Assembly (NCBI GenBank): GCA_964425315.1
Contig: CAYRNB010000002.1
Location: 2,973-66,972 of the forward strand
DNA: 64,000 nucleotides
Reading direction: 5' to 3'
Source of the DNA: an uncultured Rhodoblastus sp.
GTDB lineage: Bacteria; Pseudomonadota; Alphaproteobacteria; Rhizobiales; Beijerinckiaceae
Below the pieces are notes generated by a model, which saw only the letters and a program-made list of their open reading frames with translations, was not told where the DNA came from and ran no database searches. How positions within the stretch are numbered: position 1 is the stretch's first letter; every line of letters starts with the position of its first letter. The translations under genes were made by a program, and so were the position numbers. This document shows positions 1-12,704 of the stretch, one piece after another.

Positions 1-573
1 CCGGCCGGAACCGATCTCGTTCTTCTTCCGGGCGGCTTCAGCTATGGCGATTACCTGCGCTGCGGCGCGATCGCGGGCCGCGCGCATATTATGGACGCGG
101 TGCGCCGCCACGCCGGGCGCGGGGGCTTGGTGCTCGGCATTTGCAACGGTTTCCAGATTCTTTGCGAAAGCGGCCTGCTGCCGGGCGTGCTGATGCGCAA
201 CCGCGACCTGCGCTTCATCTGCAAGCGTCAGCATTTGCGCGTCGAGCGCAATGACACGGTTTTCACCCGCGCCTACGCTTTGCATCAGGCGATTGACGTC
301 GCCATCGCCCATGGCGAGGGCAATTTCGAAGCGCAGGAAGACACTATCCGCCAGCTCGAAGACCAGGGCCGCGTCGCCTTCCGCTATTGCGACGCAAATG
401 GCGCGGTCACGGACGCCGCCAATCCCAATGGTTCGACCCATAATATCGCCGGGATCTATTCGGAAAAATTCAACGTGCTCGGCATGATGCCGCATCCTGA
501 AAATCTGATCGATCCACTGGTCGGCGGAATCGACGGGCGCGGCCTTTTCGAAAGCCTTATGCGGGCGGCGTGA
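1..573 (+). CDS. purQ: Phosphoribosylformylglycinamidine synthase subunit PurQ (5'-truncated by window)
   Basis: Frame 1 is open from base 1 (PAGTDLVLLPGGFSYGDYLRCGAI). It carries the GICNGFQ nucleophile motif and MMPHPE, and lies directly upstream of purL. Confidence 0.97.
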   Translation, partial: PAGTDLVLLPGGFSYGDYLRCGAIAGRAHIMDAVRRHAGRGGLVLGICNGFQILCESGLLPGVLMRNRDLRFICKRQHLRVERNDTVFTRAYALHQAIDVAIAHGEGNFEAQEDTIRQLEDQGRVAFRYCDANGAVTDAANPNGSTHNIAGIYSEKFNVLGMMPHPENLIDPLVGGIDGRGLFESLMRAA

Positions 574-593
574 GCCGGAGCGCGGGCGCCATT

Positions 594-622
594 CTTGCCA
601 ATTGCGGCGCGACGTTCTAATC
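594..622 (+). promoter_or_regulatory. Putative sigma70 promoter of purL
   Basis: CTTGCC-N17-CTAATC fits the alphaproteobacterial cTTGac-N17-cTAtat pattern. Confidence 0.35.
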
Positions 623-672
623 GAGACGCCTGCGCGCCTGTCCTTCGCGCGCCTTTCACAAGGCCGGAATCC

Positions 673-2898
<2,226 letters not shown>

Positions 2899-2938
2899 AT
2901 ACCTGCAAGGTCAGACGCCCATTTTCGAGGACTCCCCG

Positions 2939-3178
2939 ATGCCGATGCCAGCCGACGAAATCGAACGCATGATCAAGGCCGCCCTACCGGACGCCGAGGT
3001 CTATATCACCGATCTGGCCGGGGACGGCGATCATTACCGCGCCCAGGTGATTTCCGAGGCTTTCAGGGGATTGAGCCGGGTGCGGCAGCATCAGTTGGTC
3101 TATGCCGCCCTCGGCGGCCAGGTGGGCGGCGCGCTTCACGCCCTGGCGCTCGAAACGGCCCCTCCGGAAACCGCTTGA
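2939..3178 (+). CDS. bolA: BolA family protein
   Basis: MPMPADEIERMIKAALPDA...DGDHYRAQVISEAFRGLSRVRQHQLVY...LHALAL is a BolA signature, and it sits next to grxD. Confidence 0.93.
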   Translation: MPMPADEIERMIKAALPDAEVYITDLAGDGDHYRAQVISEAFRGLSRVRQHQLVYAALGGQVGGALHALALETAPPETA

Positions 3179-3247
3179 AGAGCGCGGTCATAGCCCTTAC
3201 CTCTAACCCGTCGCGGAGCCTTGACCTCCGTTCGAAAGGAAACAGCC

Positions 3248-3604
3248 ATGTCGGACACTGAACTTTCCAACGCCATCGACCGTATCAAGCAGGACATCGC
3301 CGGCAACGACGTCGTCCTCTACATGAAAGGCACGCCGAATTTTCCGCAATGCGGCTTTTCCGGCCAGGTGGCGAAAATCCTTTCCTATTTGGAAGTGCCC
3401 TATAAGGGCGTGAATGTGCTCGAGGACCCGGACATTCGCGAAGGCGTCAAGCAATACGCCAATTGGCCGACCATTCCCCAGCTTTACGTCAAGGGCGAAT
3501 TCGTCGGCGGCTGCGACATTGTTCGGGAAATGTTCCAGTCCGGCGAGCTGATCGACCAGTTCAAGGCCTCCGGCGTGCCGGTCAAGGATCCCCGGCAGGG
3601 CTGA
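3248..3604 (+). CDS. grxD: Monothiol glutaredoxin Grx4 family
   Basis: [13 protein letters not shown] active site and [18 protein letters not shown]. Confidence 0.96.
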   Translation: MSDTELSNAIDRIKQDIAGNDVVLYMKGTPNFPQCGFSGQVAKILSYLEVPYKGVNVLEDPDIREGVKQYANWPTIPQLYVKGEFVGGCDIVREMFQSGELIDQFKASGVPVKDPRQG

Positions 3605-3607
3605 GCT

Positions 3608-4312
3608 TCATTTCTCTGCCGCTGATTTCTGCGCCGCCGCCTTGATCAGAGCCAAGGCGTCGGCGCCATCCCATTTTGCGGGCCCGGCGATCACGCCGAC
3701 GCGACAGCCGTCGGGGCCGACGAGGAAACTGGTCGGCAGGCCGACGACCTTGCCGGTCGCTTTCAGCGTGGAAAGAACATCGCCGTCGGGATTGGCGTAA
3801 AATGTCAGGTTTTTGACGCCGATCCGCTTGAGAAACTTCTTCGGCCGGTCGCGCCGCGCCGTATCGATATTGACCGCGGCGACGGTGAAGGTATCGCCGC
3901 CGACCAAGCCCTGGAGCCGATCGAGCGAGGGCATTTCCTCGCGACAGGGAACGCACCAGGTCGCCCAGAGATTTAAGAGAACCGTGCGCCCCTTGAAGGA
4001 GGCAAGATCGACCGGCCCCTTGTCGCTGGAAAAGCTCAAGGCCGGCATGGGCTGAGGCCGGGAGTCGATCGCAAGACCGGCTATGCCGCCTTTCGCGAGC
4101 GGCGCGAGTTGGGCGGCAAGTGCGGTGGAAGCGGCGCATGCGCTCGATGCGGCTTCCTTGCTCCCGCCCCCCTTCTTCCAGTATAGGACGCCCCAAATCA
4201 TCGCTGCGACGACGACGGCGGTGACGATGGCGGGAGGCAGTATGAGCCGCCGGGCTATGGCGCGCATTTGTTCGGGCGTGGCCTGCGGCGGCGTCTGTTC
4301 CTCGTCATCCAT
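3608..4312 (-). CDS. tlpA: TlpA-family membrane-anchored thiol:disulfide oxidoreductase
   Basis: N-terminal TM helix and [19 protein letters not shown] thioredoxin motif. Start at ATG 4312; divergent from argH. Confidence 0.9.
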   Translation of the reverse strand: MDDEEQTPPQATPEQMRAIARRLILPPAIVTAVVVAAMIWGVLYWKKGGGSKEAASSACAASTALAAQLAPLAKGGIAGLAIDSRPQPMPALSFSSDKGPVDLASFKGRTVLLNLWATWCVPCREEMPSLDRLQGLVGGDTFTVAAVNIDTARRDRPKKFLKRIGVKNLTFYANPDGDVLSTLKATGKVVGLPTSFLVGPDGCRVGVIAGPAKWDGADALALIKAAAQKSAAEK

Positions 4313-4336
4313 TCTCGACCTCGTTGCGGGGCAGGC

Positions 4337-5731
4337 ATGAGCAATCAAATGTGGGGCGGCCGCTTCGCCAGCGGCCCCGATGCGATCATGGAGGAGATCA
4401 ACGCCTCCATCAGCTTCGATTATCGACTGGCGCAGCAGGACATAAGGGGCTCCAAAGCCCATGTCGCCATGCTGGCCCAGACCGGCATTATCAGCCAGGC
4501 CGACGCGGAAGCCATTTCCGCGGGTTTAGACAAAGTCTTGGGCGAAATCGAGAGCGGAAAATTTTCCTTTTCCCGCGCCCTCGAAGACATTCACATGAAC
4601 GTCGAATCCCGCCTGGCCGAATTGATCGGCCCGGCGGCGGGGCGGCTGCACACCGCTCGCTCGCGCAACGATCAGGTGGCGCTCGATTTTAAGCTTTGGG
4701 TGCGCGACACGATCGACGAGATCGACGCGCAGCTCGCCGACCTGCAAAAAGCGCTGGTGGAAAAGGCGGAAAAATTCGCCGATGCGGTCATGCCGGGCTT
4801 CACTCATCTGCAATCGGCGCAGCCGGTGACGTTTGGCCACCATCTTCTCGCCTACGTCGAAATGATCTCGCGGGATCGCGGCCGGTTCCGCGACGCCCGG
4901 GCGCGGCTCAACGAATGTCCGCTCGGCGCGGCGGCTCTTGCCGGCACGTCTTTTCCCATCGACCGCGACGCGACGGCGAAAGCGCTTGGCTTCGACCGCC
5001 CGACCGCCAATTCGCTCGACAGCGTCTCGGATCGCGATTTCGTGCTGGAAACCCTGGCCGCAGCCGCAATCGCGGCGACGCATCTGTCACGCTTCGCCGA
5101 GGAAATCGTGCTGTGGACCACGCCGCAGTTCGGCTTCGTCGCCCTGTCCGACAAGTTCACCACCGGCTCGTCGATCATGCCGCAAAAGCGCAATCCCGAC
5201 GCGGCGGAGCTGGTGCGCGGCAAGTCGGGCCGGATCATCGGCGATCTCGCTGGCCTGCTGGTGGTGATGAAGGGCCTGCCGCTCGCCTATTCCAAGGATA
5301 TGCAGGAGGACAAGGAAGGCTGCTTCGATTCGCTACAGTCGCTGTCGCTTTGCGTCGCCGCCATGGCGGGGATGACGCGCGACATGAGTCCGCGCCTCGA
5401 CAAAATGAAGGCGGCGGCGGGATCAGGCTATTCCACCGCCACCGACCTGGCCGACTGGCTGGTGCGCGCGCTCGGCCTGCCATTTCGCCAGGCCCACCAT
5501 GTCACCGGGGGCATTGTCGCTCTTGCCGCAGAAGCCGGGCTGGAGCTGCAACAATTATCGCTGGCGCAGATGCAATCGGTCGAACCGGCGATCACTGACG
5601 AAGTCTTCACCGTTCTCGGCGTCGAGAAATCGGTGCGCAGCCGCACTAGCTATGGCGGCGCGGCGCCGGAAAACGTCCGGCGGCAGGCGGAAGCCTGGGC
5701 CAAGCGCCTCACCGAGGAACGGTCGTCGTGA
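4337..5731 (+). CDS. argH: Argininosuccinate lyase
   Basis: [10 protein letters not shown] start, [12 protein letters not shown] and [12 protein letters not shown] signature. Confidence 0.98.
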   Translation: MSNQMWGGRFASGPDAIMEEINASISFDYRLAQQDIRGSKAHVAMLAQTGIISQADAEAISAGLDKVLGEIESGKFSFSRALEDIHMNVESRLAELIGPAAGRLHTARSRNDQVALDFKLWVRDTIDEIDAQLADLQKALVEKAEKFADAVMPGFTHLQSAQPVTFGHHLLAYVEMISRDRGRFRDARARLNECPLGAAALAGTSFPIDRDATAKALGFDRPTANSLDSVSDRDFVLETLAAAAIAATHLSRFAEEIVLWTTPQFGFVALSDKFTTGSSIMPQKRNPDAAELVRGKSGRIIGDLAGLLVVMKGLPLAYSKDMQEDKEGCFDSLQSLSLCVAAMAGMTRDMSPRLDKMKAAAGSGYSTATDLADWLVRALGLPFRQAHHVTGGIVALAAEAGLELQQLSLAQMQSVEPAITDEVFTVLGVEKSVRSRTSYGGAAPENVRRQAEAWAKRLTEERSS

Positions 5732-5812
5732 CCTTTAAGATTTTTTTGCGAGCATGAGGCGTTTCGCCGCGTCTTCGGCTATAGTCCGCGCCACCCGCGC
5801 GCAATTCGGGAG

Positions 5813-6082
5813 TTGAGGCTGTTGACCCGTCCACCCATCGTCAAGATTCTCATGGCCTCGGCGGCTTTGTCGTGCGTCTTGCTGCTTGACGGCTGTGGAC
5901 GCGCCGGCCCGCCAGTCCCGATCGATCCTTCCGTGGCGGCCAAGGCCAAAGCCGCCAAGAAAGCGCCCAAGGAAACCAACGCTGCCGCCAATTCCAAGAA
6001 AAATCTCCCGCACGGTTTCAACGACAACGCTCTCAAGGCGGGCGCGCCCAAAGGTCCAACCTTTTTCGACTTCCTGCTCTAA
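5813..6082 (+). CDS. Small lipoprotein, LptM/YifL-like
   Basis: Hydrophobic signal ending in lipobox LDG-C followed by GRAGP, resembling the CGxKGP motif. Sits in the usual argH-lipoprotein-lysA position. Confidence 0.7.
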   Translation: MRLLTRPPIVKILMASAALSCVLLLDGCGRAGPPVPIDPSVAAKAKAAKKAPKETNAAANSKKNLPHGFNDNALKAGAPKGPTFFDFLL

Positions 6083-6090
6083 GGCGCCTT

Positions 6091-7362
6091 ATGCATTTTT
6101 TCTCCTATGACGGCGGAGTTTTGCGCGCCGAGGGTGTGCCCTTGCCCGAATTGGCCAAGGCGGTCGAAACGCCGTTCTATTGTTACAGCGCGGCGACAAT
6201 CCGTCGACATTTCAAAGTCTTTTCGCAGGCTTTGAGCGATATGGACCCCATGGTCTGCTATGCGATGAAGGCCAATTCCAACCAGGCTGTGCTCACTTTG
6301 CTAGGGAAGCTCGGCGCCGGAATGGACGTGGTTTCGGAAGGCGAATTGCGCCGCGCCCGCGCGGCCGGAATCCCGGGCGAGCGGGTCACTTTTTCCGGAG
6401 TCGGCAAGACCGACCGCGAAATCGCCTTGGCTCTTGGTCACGGCATTTTCTGCTTCAATGTCGAATCGGAGCCGGAACTCGAGCGGATTTCCCAGATCGC
6501 GGCCTCGCGCGGTCAGGCGGCGACGGTGGCGTTGCGCGTAAATCCCGATGTGGATGCGAGGACGCACGCCAAAATCTCGACAGGAAAATCGGAAAACAAA
6601 TTCGGCGTGCCGATTTCGGTCGCGCGTGAGGTTTACGCGCGCGCCGCCAGACTTCCAGCGATAAGAATCGCCGGCGTCGACATGCATATCGGCTCGCAGA
6701 TCACTGATCTCGCGCCATTCGACAACGCTTTCGCCATTCTCGCGGAATTCGTGGGGCGGTTGCGCGCCGACGGTCACGAAATCTCGCACCTCGACCTTGG
6801 CGGCGGCCTCGGCATTCCCTATTCGGAACGCGACGACCCGGCGAGTTGCCATCCCGAGCTTTACGCCGAGATCGTCCGTCGCCGCTTGAAGCCGCTGGGC
6901 GCGCGTTTCATATTCGAGCCGGGGCGGCTTATTGTCGGAAACGCTGGGGTGCTGGTTACCCGCGTCATCTATCTGAAGCGCGGCGCGGCAAGGAATTTCG
7001 TCATTGTCGACGCCGCGATGAACGACCTTGTCCGTCCCACGCTTTACGAGGCGCATCACGACATATTCCCAGTGGAGACGCCGAATGAAGGAACGCCCGT
7101 CATCAAGGCAGACATTGTCGGGCCGGTCTGCGAAACCGGCGATTATCTGGCCCTGGGGCTCGAAATGCCGGAACCGCGTCCGGGCGACTTGCTGGCCGTG
7201 ATGTCGGCGGGCGCCTACGGCGCCGTGCAGGCCGGAACCTATAATTCGCGCCTGCTCGCGCCCGAAATCCTTGTCGACGGCGATCTTTACGCCGTGATCC
7301 GCCCGCGCGGGGATTACGACTCGTTGATTGGACTGGACAAGATTCCCCCCTGGCTGGCATGA
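6091..7362 (+). CDS. lysA: Diaminopimelate decarboxylase
   Basis: CYAMKANSN (PLP lysine), HIGSQI, EPGR and GPVCETGD motifs. Confidence 0.98.
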   Translation: MHFFSYDGGVLRAEGVPLPELAKAVETPFYCYSAATIRRHFKVFSQALSDMDPMVCYAMKANSNQAVLTLLGKLGAGMDVVSEGELRRARAAGIPGERVTFSGVGKTDREIALALGHGIFCFNVESEPELERISQIAASRGQAATVALRVNPDVDARTHAKISTGKSENKFGVPISVAREVYARAARLPAIRIAGVDMHIGSQITDLAPFDNAFAILAEFVGRLRADGHEISHLDLGGGLGIPYSERDDPASCHPELYAEIVRRRLKPLGARFIFEPGRLIVGNAGVLVTRVIYLKRGAARNFVIVDAAMNDLVRPTLYEAHHDIFPVETPNEGTPVIKADIVGPVCETGDYLALGLEMPEPRPGDLLAVMSAGAYGAVQAGTYNSRLLAPEILVDGDLYAVIRPRGDYDSLIGLDKIPPWLA

Positions 7363-7411
7363 ACCTTTTTCCCGACGCGCGATTGTGGGTTGGAGAGCGA
7401 GGCGCCAAAGC

Positions 7412-9892
7412 GTGAATCTGATCCCATTGGCATGGACGACGCGTATCCGCGCTTTTTTTGCGACTTCGGCGTCGTCGCGCCTGCGCCGCCTGACCCTCCT
7501 TGCCCAGGCGGCATTGGCCTTCGAGCGTCTGGCGCGGGCCCTCGCGCCGGCAATGATTGTCGTCGGTTTTTTCGTCGCCTTGAGTTGGACTGGCCTCTGG
7601 CTCGGCGCCAACAGCTACGCGCGTATGGCGGGAACAGTCGCTTTTGTCGCGCTCTTTGCCGTCGCTTTGTTCCGGCTCCGCGACTTTTCCTTCCCCAGCG
7701 CGGCGGAGGCCCGGGCTGCGCTCGACCTCGGCGACGTCGACGCGCCGGCGGCGACGCTTGCGGATCGGCTAGCCAATGACGGCGATCCGCAAACGCAAGG
7801 CCTTTGGCGGCTGCACTTGCGCCGCGCCGCCCGGAACGCGGCAAGGTTGCGTCCAATAAAACCTTCGCCGCGCCTTTGGACCATCGACCCTTACGCCCTG
7901 GGGGCCTTGGCCCTTCTCGCCCTCGGCGCCGGCGCTTTCGTCGCCGGACCGGAAAAATACGCCCGGATCGCGGCGGCTTTCGACTGGCGTCGGGACGTCG
8001 CGGCCACTGCGCCCTTCCGCGTCGACGCCTGGATCGACCCGCCCGCCTATACTGGCCGGCCGCCGATCGTTTTGCCGATCAAGAGCGCCGGCGCCAAGAT
8101 TTCGCCCGTGACGGCGCCGGTCGGCTCAACCATCACCGTGCGCGCTGCGGGCGGCCATCTCCATGTGACAACCAAGGGACGAATCGTATCGGCGCCGCCG
8201 TCCGTGGCAAAGGACGCGGCGAAGGCGCAGCGGCGTTTCATCCTGCGCGGCGATGGAAGCCTGCGCCTTTGGCGCGGCGGCGCCGAACTCGCGGAATTTT
8301 CCTTGCGCAGCCTGCCGGATGCGCCGCCGACCATCACGGCGCTCGGGCGGCCAAGGATCAATTTACACGGTTCCTTCTCGCTCGCTTATCGGATCAATGA
8401 CGACTATGGCGCGCGCGACGCGGAAATCAGCGCCAAGCCAGCGGCGGGCGCGCCCGTCCCGCAAGGTCATGCGCTGGTCGCCCCGCCAAGCGGAAAGCTC
8501 GACTTGCCCGCCACGCCTACCGGGCTGGGCCAAGCCCGCTCCACAATCGACTGGTCAGACAGCCCCTATGGGGGGACGCGCGTCGACCTGACCTTGCGCG
8601 TTCATGACGAAGGCGGCAACGAGGGTCGCGCCGTTATACGTAATTTCGTCTTGCCACGAAAAAAACTGACCAATCCGCTCGCCAAAGCGCTCGCCGAGCA
8701 AAGCAGAATTCTTGCCCTCGATTCCGCAAAGAAAAACAATGTGTTGGAGGCGATCGACGCTTTGATGATCGCGCCCGAGCTTTTCACGCCTAAAGCCGGC
8801 GTCTATCTCGGCCTGCGTTACGCCCATGATTCATTGCGGCGCGCGCGCAATGACGCCGATCTCGTCGCCGTCTCCGATTTTCTTTGGCAGATGGCCTTGC
8901 GAATCGACGAAGGCGACATGCCGCAAGCCGAGCGCAATCTGCGCGCCGCCGAAAAAGCTTTGCGCGACGCGCTCAAACGCGGCGCGTCGCCGCAGGAAAT
9001 CGCCCGTCTCACTGCGCAATTGCAGAAAGCCATGGACGCCTTTCTTGCCGAACTGGCGAAGAAAGCCGCCCATAACAAGGCCCAGTCGAGCAATAGCTTG
9101 GCCGGCCGGGAAAGAGCGATTACGGCCGAGGATCTCAAATCCATGCTCCAGCAATTGGCTGAAGCGGCCAAGCTCGGCGACAAACAAGCCGCCCAGGAAC
9201 TGCTCGACCGGATGCAGGACATGTTGGAAAACCTCCGCCTGGCCGGAAAGGCCGGCGCGAGCCAGGCGGCGCGCGACCGGGAGACGCTGCGCGAAATCGA
9301 CAGGCTGATGCGCGAGCAACAAAAGCTGCGCGACGACACTTACGCGGACCAGCGCCGTCAATCGGGACGAACGCCGCCGCAAGCGCGCCCCGGCGGTCAA
9401 GGCGAGAAGCCCCAGGGCCAAGGCCAGGCGCCAGCGCAGGAACTCGAGCGGCGCCAGAGTCAGTTGCGGCAGCAACTCAACGCCTTGCGACAACAACGGG
9501 AAGGAGCCGGTGGCGCGCCCAAGAGCCTGAACGAGGCGGAAAAGGCCATGGGGCAGGCGGAAAAGGCGCTGCGAGGCCGCAACGATCCTTCCGCCGTCGC
9601 CGCCCAGGGACGCGCCCTGGAGGCTTTGCGCAAAGGCGCCAGCGAACTGGCCGCACAGGCGCAGAAGGGCGCTCCCGGCGAAGCTGGAATGCAAATGGGC
9701 GAAGGAAGGCCTGGAATGCGCGGTCAGTCGGGGGAAAGCCCCTTTGGCGATCCTTTCCGCCGGAATAGCATCGACCCTACGGCGGAAATGAATGCGCGCA
9801 AAGTGCTCGAAGAATTGCGCCGTCGGCTTTCCGACCCCAATCGCGCGCGTGAGGAGCTCGACTATCTCGAAAGGTTGATCAAACCCGATTGA
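7412..9892 (+). CDS. TIGR02302/DUF4175 family membrane protein
   Basis: N-terminal TM helices, WIDPPAYTGRPP motif, long coiled-coil Q/G-rich tail ending ELDYLERL. Conserved position after lysA. Start GTG 7412 is uncertain. Confidence 0.85.
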   Translation: MNLIPLAWTTRIRAFFATSASSRLRRLTLLAQAALAFERLARALAPAMIVVGFFVALSWTGLWLGANSYARMAGTVAFVALFAVALFRLRDFSFPSAAEARAALDLGDVDAPAATLADRLANDGDPQTQGLWRLHLRRAARNAARLRPIKPSPRLWTIDPYALGALALLALGAGAFVAGPEKYARIAAAFDWRRDVAATAPFRVDAWIDPPAYTGRPPIVLPIKSAGAKISPVTAPVGSTITVRAAGGHLHVTTKGRIVSAPPSVAKDAAKAQRRFILRGDGSLRLWRGGAELAEFSLRSLPDAPPTITALGRPRINLHGSFSLAYRINDDYGARDAEISAKPAAGAPVPQGHALVAPPSGKLDLPATPTGLGQARSTIDWSDSPYGGTRVDLTLRVHDEGGNEGRAVIRNFVLPRKKLTNPLAKALAEQSRILALDSAKKNNVLEAIDALMIAPELFTPKAGVYLGLRYAHDSLRRARNDADLVAVSDFLWQMALRIDEGDMPQAERNLRAAEKALRDALKRGASPQEIARLTAQLQKAMDAFLAELAKKAAHNKAQSSNSLAGRERAITAEDLKSMLQQLAEAAKLGDKQAAQELLDRMQDMLENLRLAGKAGASQAARDRETLREIDRLMREQQKLRDDTYADQRRQSGRTPPQARPGGQGEKPQGQGQAPAQELERRQSQLRQQLNALRQQREGAGGAPKSLNEAEKAMGQAEKALRGRNDPSAVAAQGRALEALRKGASELAAQAQKGAPGEAGMQMGEGRPGMRGQSGESPFGDPFRRNSIDPTAEMNARKVLEELRRRLSDPNRAREELDYLERLIKPD

Positions 9893-9921
9893 GCCAGTGA
9901 TTTTTTGAGGACCGGCGGACC

Positions 9922-10110
9922 ATGAACGATGCTTCCAATATTCTCCTCGGCGCGGCGCTGTTGGCTGTGACGGTGACGCTTTTCTTAGGCTTGGCCAATA
10001 TGATGCGCGGCGGCGCTCCCAATCGATCGCAAATGCTCATGCGTTGGCGCGTTGGCCTGCAGCTGATGGCGATCGTCGTCATCCTCGGTGTGCTTTATCT
10101 GCGCAAATGA
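9922..10110 (+). CDS. Twin-transmembrane-helix small protein (HIG1 domain)
   Basis: Two hydrophobic helices flank GLANMMRGG-NRSQMLMRWRVGLQ. Confidence 0.85.
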   Translation: MNDASNILLGAALLAVTVTLFLGLANMMRGGAPNRSQMLMRWRVGLQLMAIVVILGVLYLRK

Positions 10111-10134
10111 CCGCATTGGGGCGAACGAATAGCC

Positions 10135-10710
10135 ATGGTCAAGCTCAACAAAATTTACACGAAGACCGGCGACGACGGCTCAACCGGCCTCGCCAACGGG
10201 GAAAGGCGGCGCAAATCCGATCCGCGGGTCGAAGCCTATGGCGATATCGACGAGGCCAATTCCGCCATTGGCCTGGCGCGCCTCTCCACCGGCGCTCTCC
10301 CCGAACTCGACTCCATGCTGGCGCGCATCCAGAATGACCTGTTCGACCTCGGCGCCGACCTTGCGACGCCGCCTTCCGACAAACCGCTCGGTTACGAGCC
10401 TTTGCGCATTGTCGCCGCGCAGGTGACGCGCTTGGAGGAGGAAATCGACCGGCTCAATGCGCGCCTTGCGCCTTTGCGTTCTTTCGTTCTGCCCGGCGGC
10501 TCGCCAGCGGCGGCCGGCCTGCATCTCGCCCGCGCCGTCGCGCGCCGCGCTGAAAGGCGAATGGTCGCCTTGGCGGCGGAAGGAGAGTCCGTCAGCGCGC
10601 CGGCGCTGCAATTCATCAACCGTCTCTCGGATTTCCTCTTCGTCGCCGCGCGCATCGCCAATAATGACGGCGAAGACGATGTTTTATGGCGGCCTGGTCA
10701 GAATCGCTGA
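10135..10710 (+). CDS. pduO: ATP:cob(I)alamin adenosyltransferase, PduO type
   Basis: KIYTKTGDDG, RVEAYGDIDEAN, RAVARRAER and NRLSDFLF motifs. Confidence 0.95.
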   Translation: MVKLNKIYTKTGDDGSTGLANGERRRKSDPRVEAYGDIDEANSAIGLARLSTGALPELDSMLARIQNDLFDLGADLATPPSDKPLGYEPLRIVAAQVTRLEEEIDRLNARLAPLRSFVLPGGSPAAAGLHLARAVARRAERRMVALAAEGESVSAPALQFINRLSDFLFVAARIANNDGEDDVLWRPGQNR

Positions 10711-10828
10711 CACGCTTGCCGCGCCTAAGTTGATCTGCGGCGTCTCTCTGCAAGTTTTTCAGGCGCCTAAGCGGCGTTGACTCGCCACACCGCCCCGATT
10801 ACCAGATGCTCCGAACATTTTCAGCTCC

Positions 10829-10868
10829 GGGACCCTTTCGCGATTCGGCGGATTTGCGAAAGGGTCTC
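10829..10868 (+). promoter_or_regulatory. Long stem-loop in etfB 5' leader
   Basis: gggaccctttcgcga pairs with ttgcgaaagggtctc (15 bp, two G-U). Candidate promoter TTGACT-N17-TACCAG at 10777-10805. Confidence 0.55.
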
Positions 10869-10948
10869 ATTCCCACGGACGCGCGGCTTTTCTTGCGAAA
10901 GACCGGGATCTGCTTTTTCGCGCGCCGCGCCGGCGGAGGTCGAAGCCG

Positions 10949-11698
10949 ATGAAGATACTTGTGCCCGTGAAGCGGGTTGTGGACTACAATGTGAAGATCC
11001 GGGTGAAGACGGACGGTTCGGGCGTCGAACTGGCCAATGTGAAAATGTCGATGAACCCGTTCGACGAAATCGCCGTTGAAGAAGCGCTGCGTCTCAAGGA
11101 GGCGGGCAAGGCGAGCGAGGTCGTTGTGGTCTCCATCGGCCCGCAGCAGGCGACCGAAACCTTACGCGCCGGCCTCGCCATGGGCGCCGATCGCGGCGTT
11201 CTGGTCAAGACGGACGAGGCGGTCGAGCCGCTGGCCGTCGCCAAAATTTTGAAAGCGATCGCGCTCGAGGAGCAGCCGGGCCTGATCATTCTCGGCAAGC
11301 AGGCGATTGACGACGATTCCAACCAGACCGGCCAGATGCTCGCGGCCCTTCTGGGCTGGGGACAGGGGACTTTTGCATCGAAGGTGGACCTCGCCGACGG
11401 TTCGGCGGACGTGACCCGCGAAGTGGACGGCGGCCTCCAGACGGTGACGCTAAAACTGCCTGCCGTCGTCTCGACCGACCTGCGCCTCAACGAACCGCGC
11501 TACGCGTCGCTGCCCAATATCATGAAGGCCAAGAAGAAGCCGATCGCGGAAAAGACGCCGGCTGATTGCGGCGTCGATGTCGCGCCGCGGCTGAAAGTCC
11601 TGAAGACGGCGGAGCCGGCGACGCGCAAGGCCGGCGTGAAGGTCGGTTCGGTCGCCGAACTGGTCAGCAAACTTAAAGATGAAGCCGGGGTGATCTGA
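10949..11698 (+). CDS. etfB: Electron transfer flavoprotein beta subunit
   Basis: [27 protein letters not shown] and GKQAIDDD motifs. Confidence 0.98.
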   Translation: MKILVPVKRVVDYNVKIRVKTDGSGVELANVKMSMNPFDEIAVEEALRLKEAGKASEVVVVSIGPQQATETLRAGLAMGADRGVLVKTDEAVEPLAVAKILKAIALEEQPGLIILGKQAIDDDSNQTGQMLAALLGWGQGTFASKVDLADGSADVTREVDGGLQTVTLKLPAVVSTDLRLNEPRYASLPNIMKAKKKPIAEKTPADCGVDVAPRLKVLKTAEPATRKAGVKVGSVAELVSKLKDEAGVI

Positions 11699-12636
11699 TG
11701 ACGACTCTTCTCCTTGCTGAGGTTCACGGCGGCAAGCTGAACGACGCCACCGCCAAAGCTTTGACCGCCGCCAAAGAAATTTCCACTCCCGTGCATATAC
11801 TGGTCGCAGGCGGCGACGAGGCGGCGCAGGCCGCGGCGAAACTGGATGGCGTGGAAAAGGTGCTGACGGTTGCAGGCGACGCCTTCGTCCATGGCCTGGC
11901 GGAGCCACTGGCGGATCTCATCGTGTCGCTGGCGCCGGCTTATGACGCCATTGTCGCGCCGGCCACCTCCAACGGCAAAAATGTATTGCCGCGCGTCGCG
12001 GCGCTTCTCGACGTCGCGCAGGTGTCGGAAATCAGCAGGGTGGTTTCGCCCGACACGTTCGAACGGCCGATTTATGCCGGCAATGCGGTGCAGACGGTGC
12101 AGGCCACCGACGCCAAAAAGGTGATTACGGTGCGAACTTCGACTTTCGCCGCGACCGGCGAGGGCGGTTCGGCTCCGATCGAAGCGGTCGCAGGACCGGC
12201 GGAAGCCGGCCTTTCCGCTTTCAAGAGCGAGGCCCTGGCCAAGTCCGACCGGCCCGAGCTCACTTCGGCGAAGATCGTCATATCCGGCGGGCGCGCCATG
12301 CAGAACGCCGAGAATTTCAAGACCTATATCGAGCCGGTGGCCGACAAGCTCGGCGCGGCCATGGGCGCTTCGCGCGCGGCGGTCGACGCCGGCTATGCGC
12401 CCAACGACTGGCAGGTCGGCCAGACTGGCAAGGTGGTCGCGCCCGAGCTTTATATCGCCGTCGGCATTTCCGGCGCGATCCAGCATCTTGCCGGCATGAA
12501 GGATTCCAAGGTTATCGTCGCCATCAACAAGGACGAAGACGCCCCCATCTTCCAGGTCGCCGATTACGGCCTCGTTGCAGATCTCTATAAAGCTCTGCCT
12601 GAACTGGACGACGAACTCAGTAAAATCGGTCGTTAG
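11698..12636 (+). CDS. etfA: Electron transfer flavoprotein alpha subunit
   Basis: [35 protein letters not shown]-binding motif. 1-nt overlap with etfB. Confidence 0.98.
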   Translation: MTTLLLAEVHGGKLNDATAKALTAAKEISTPVHILVAGGDEAAQAAAKLDGVEKVLTVAGDAFVHGLAEPLADLIVSLAPAYDAIVAPATSNGKNVLPRVAALLDVAQVSEISRVVSPDTFERPIYAGNAVQTVQATDAKKVITVRTSTFAATGEGGSAPIEAVAGPAEAGLSAFKSEALAKSDRPELTSAKIVISGGRAMQNAENFKTYIEPVADKLGAAMGASRAAVDAGYAPNDWQVGQTGKVVAPELYIAVGISGAIQHLAGMKDSKVIVAINKDEDAPIFQVADYGLVADLYKALPELDDELSKIGR

Positions 12637-12704
12637 GCTAAATGCGCCGGCGGCGAATGTGACTTATCATCGCCGCCGCGTCCAAGAGCGTTCGGGAATG
12701 GATC

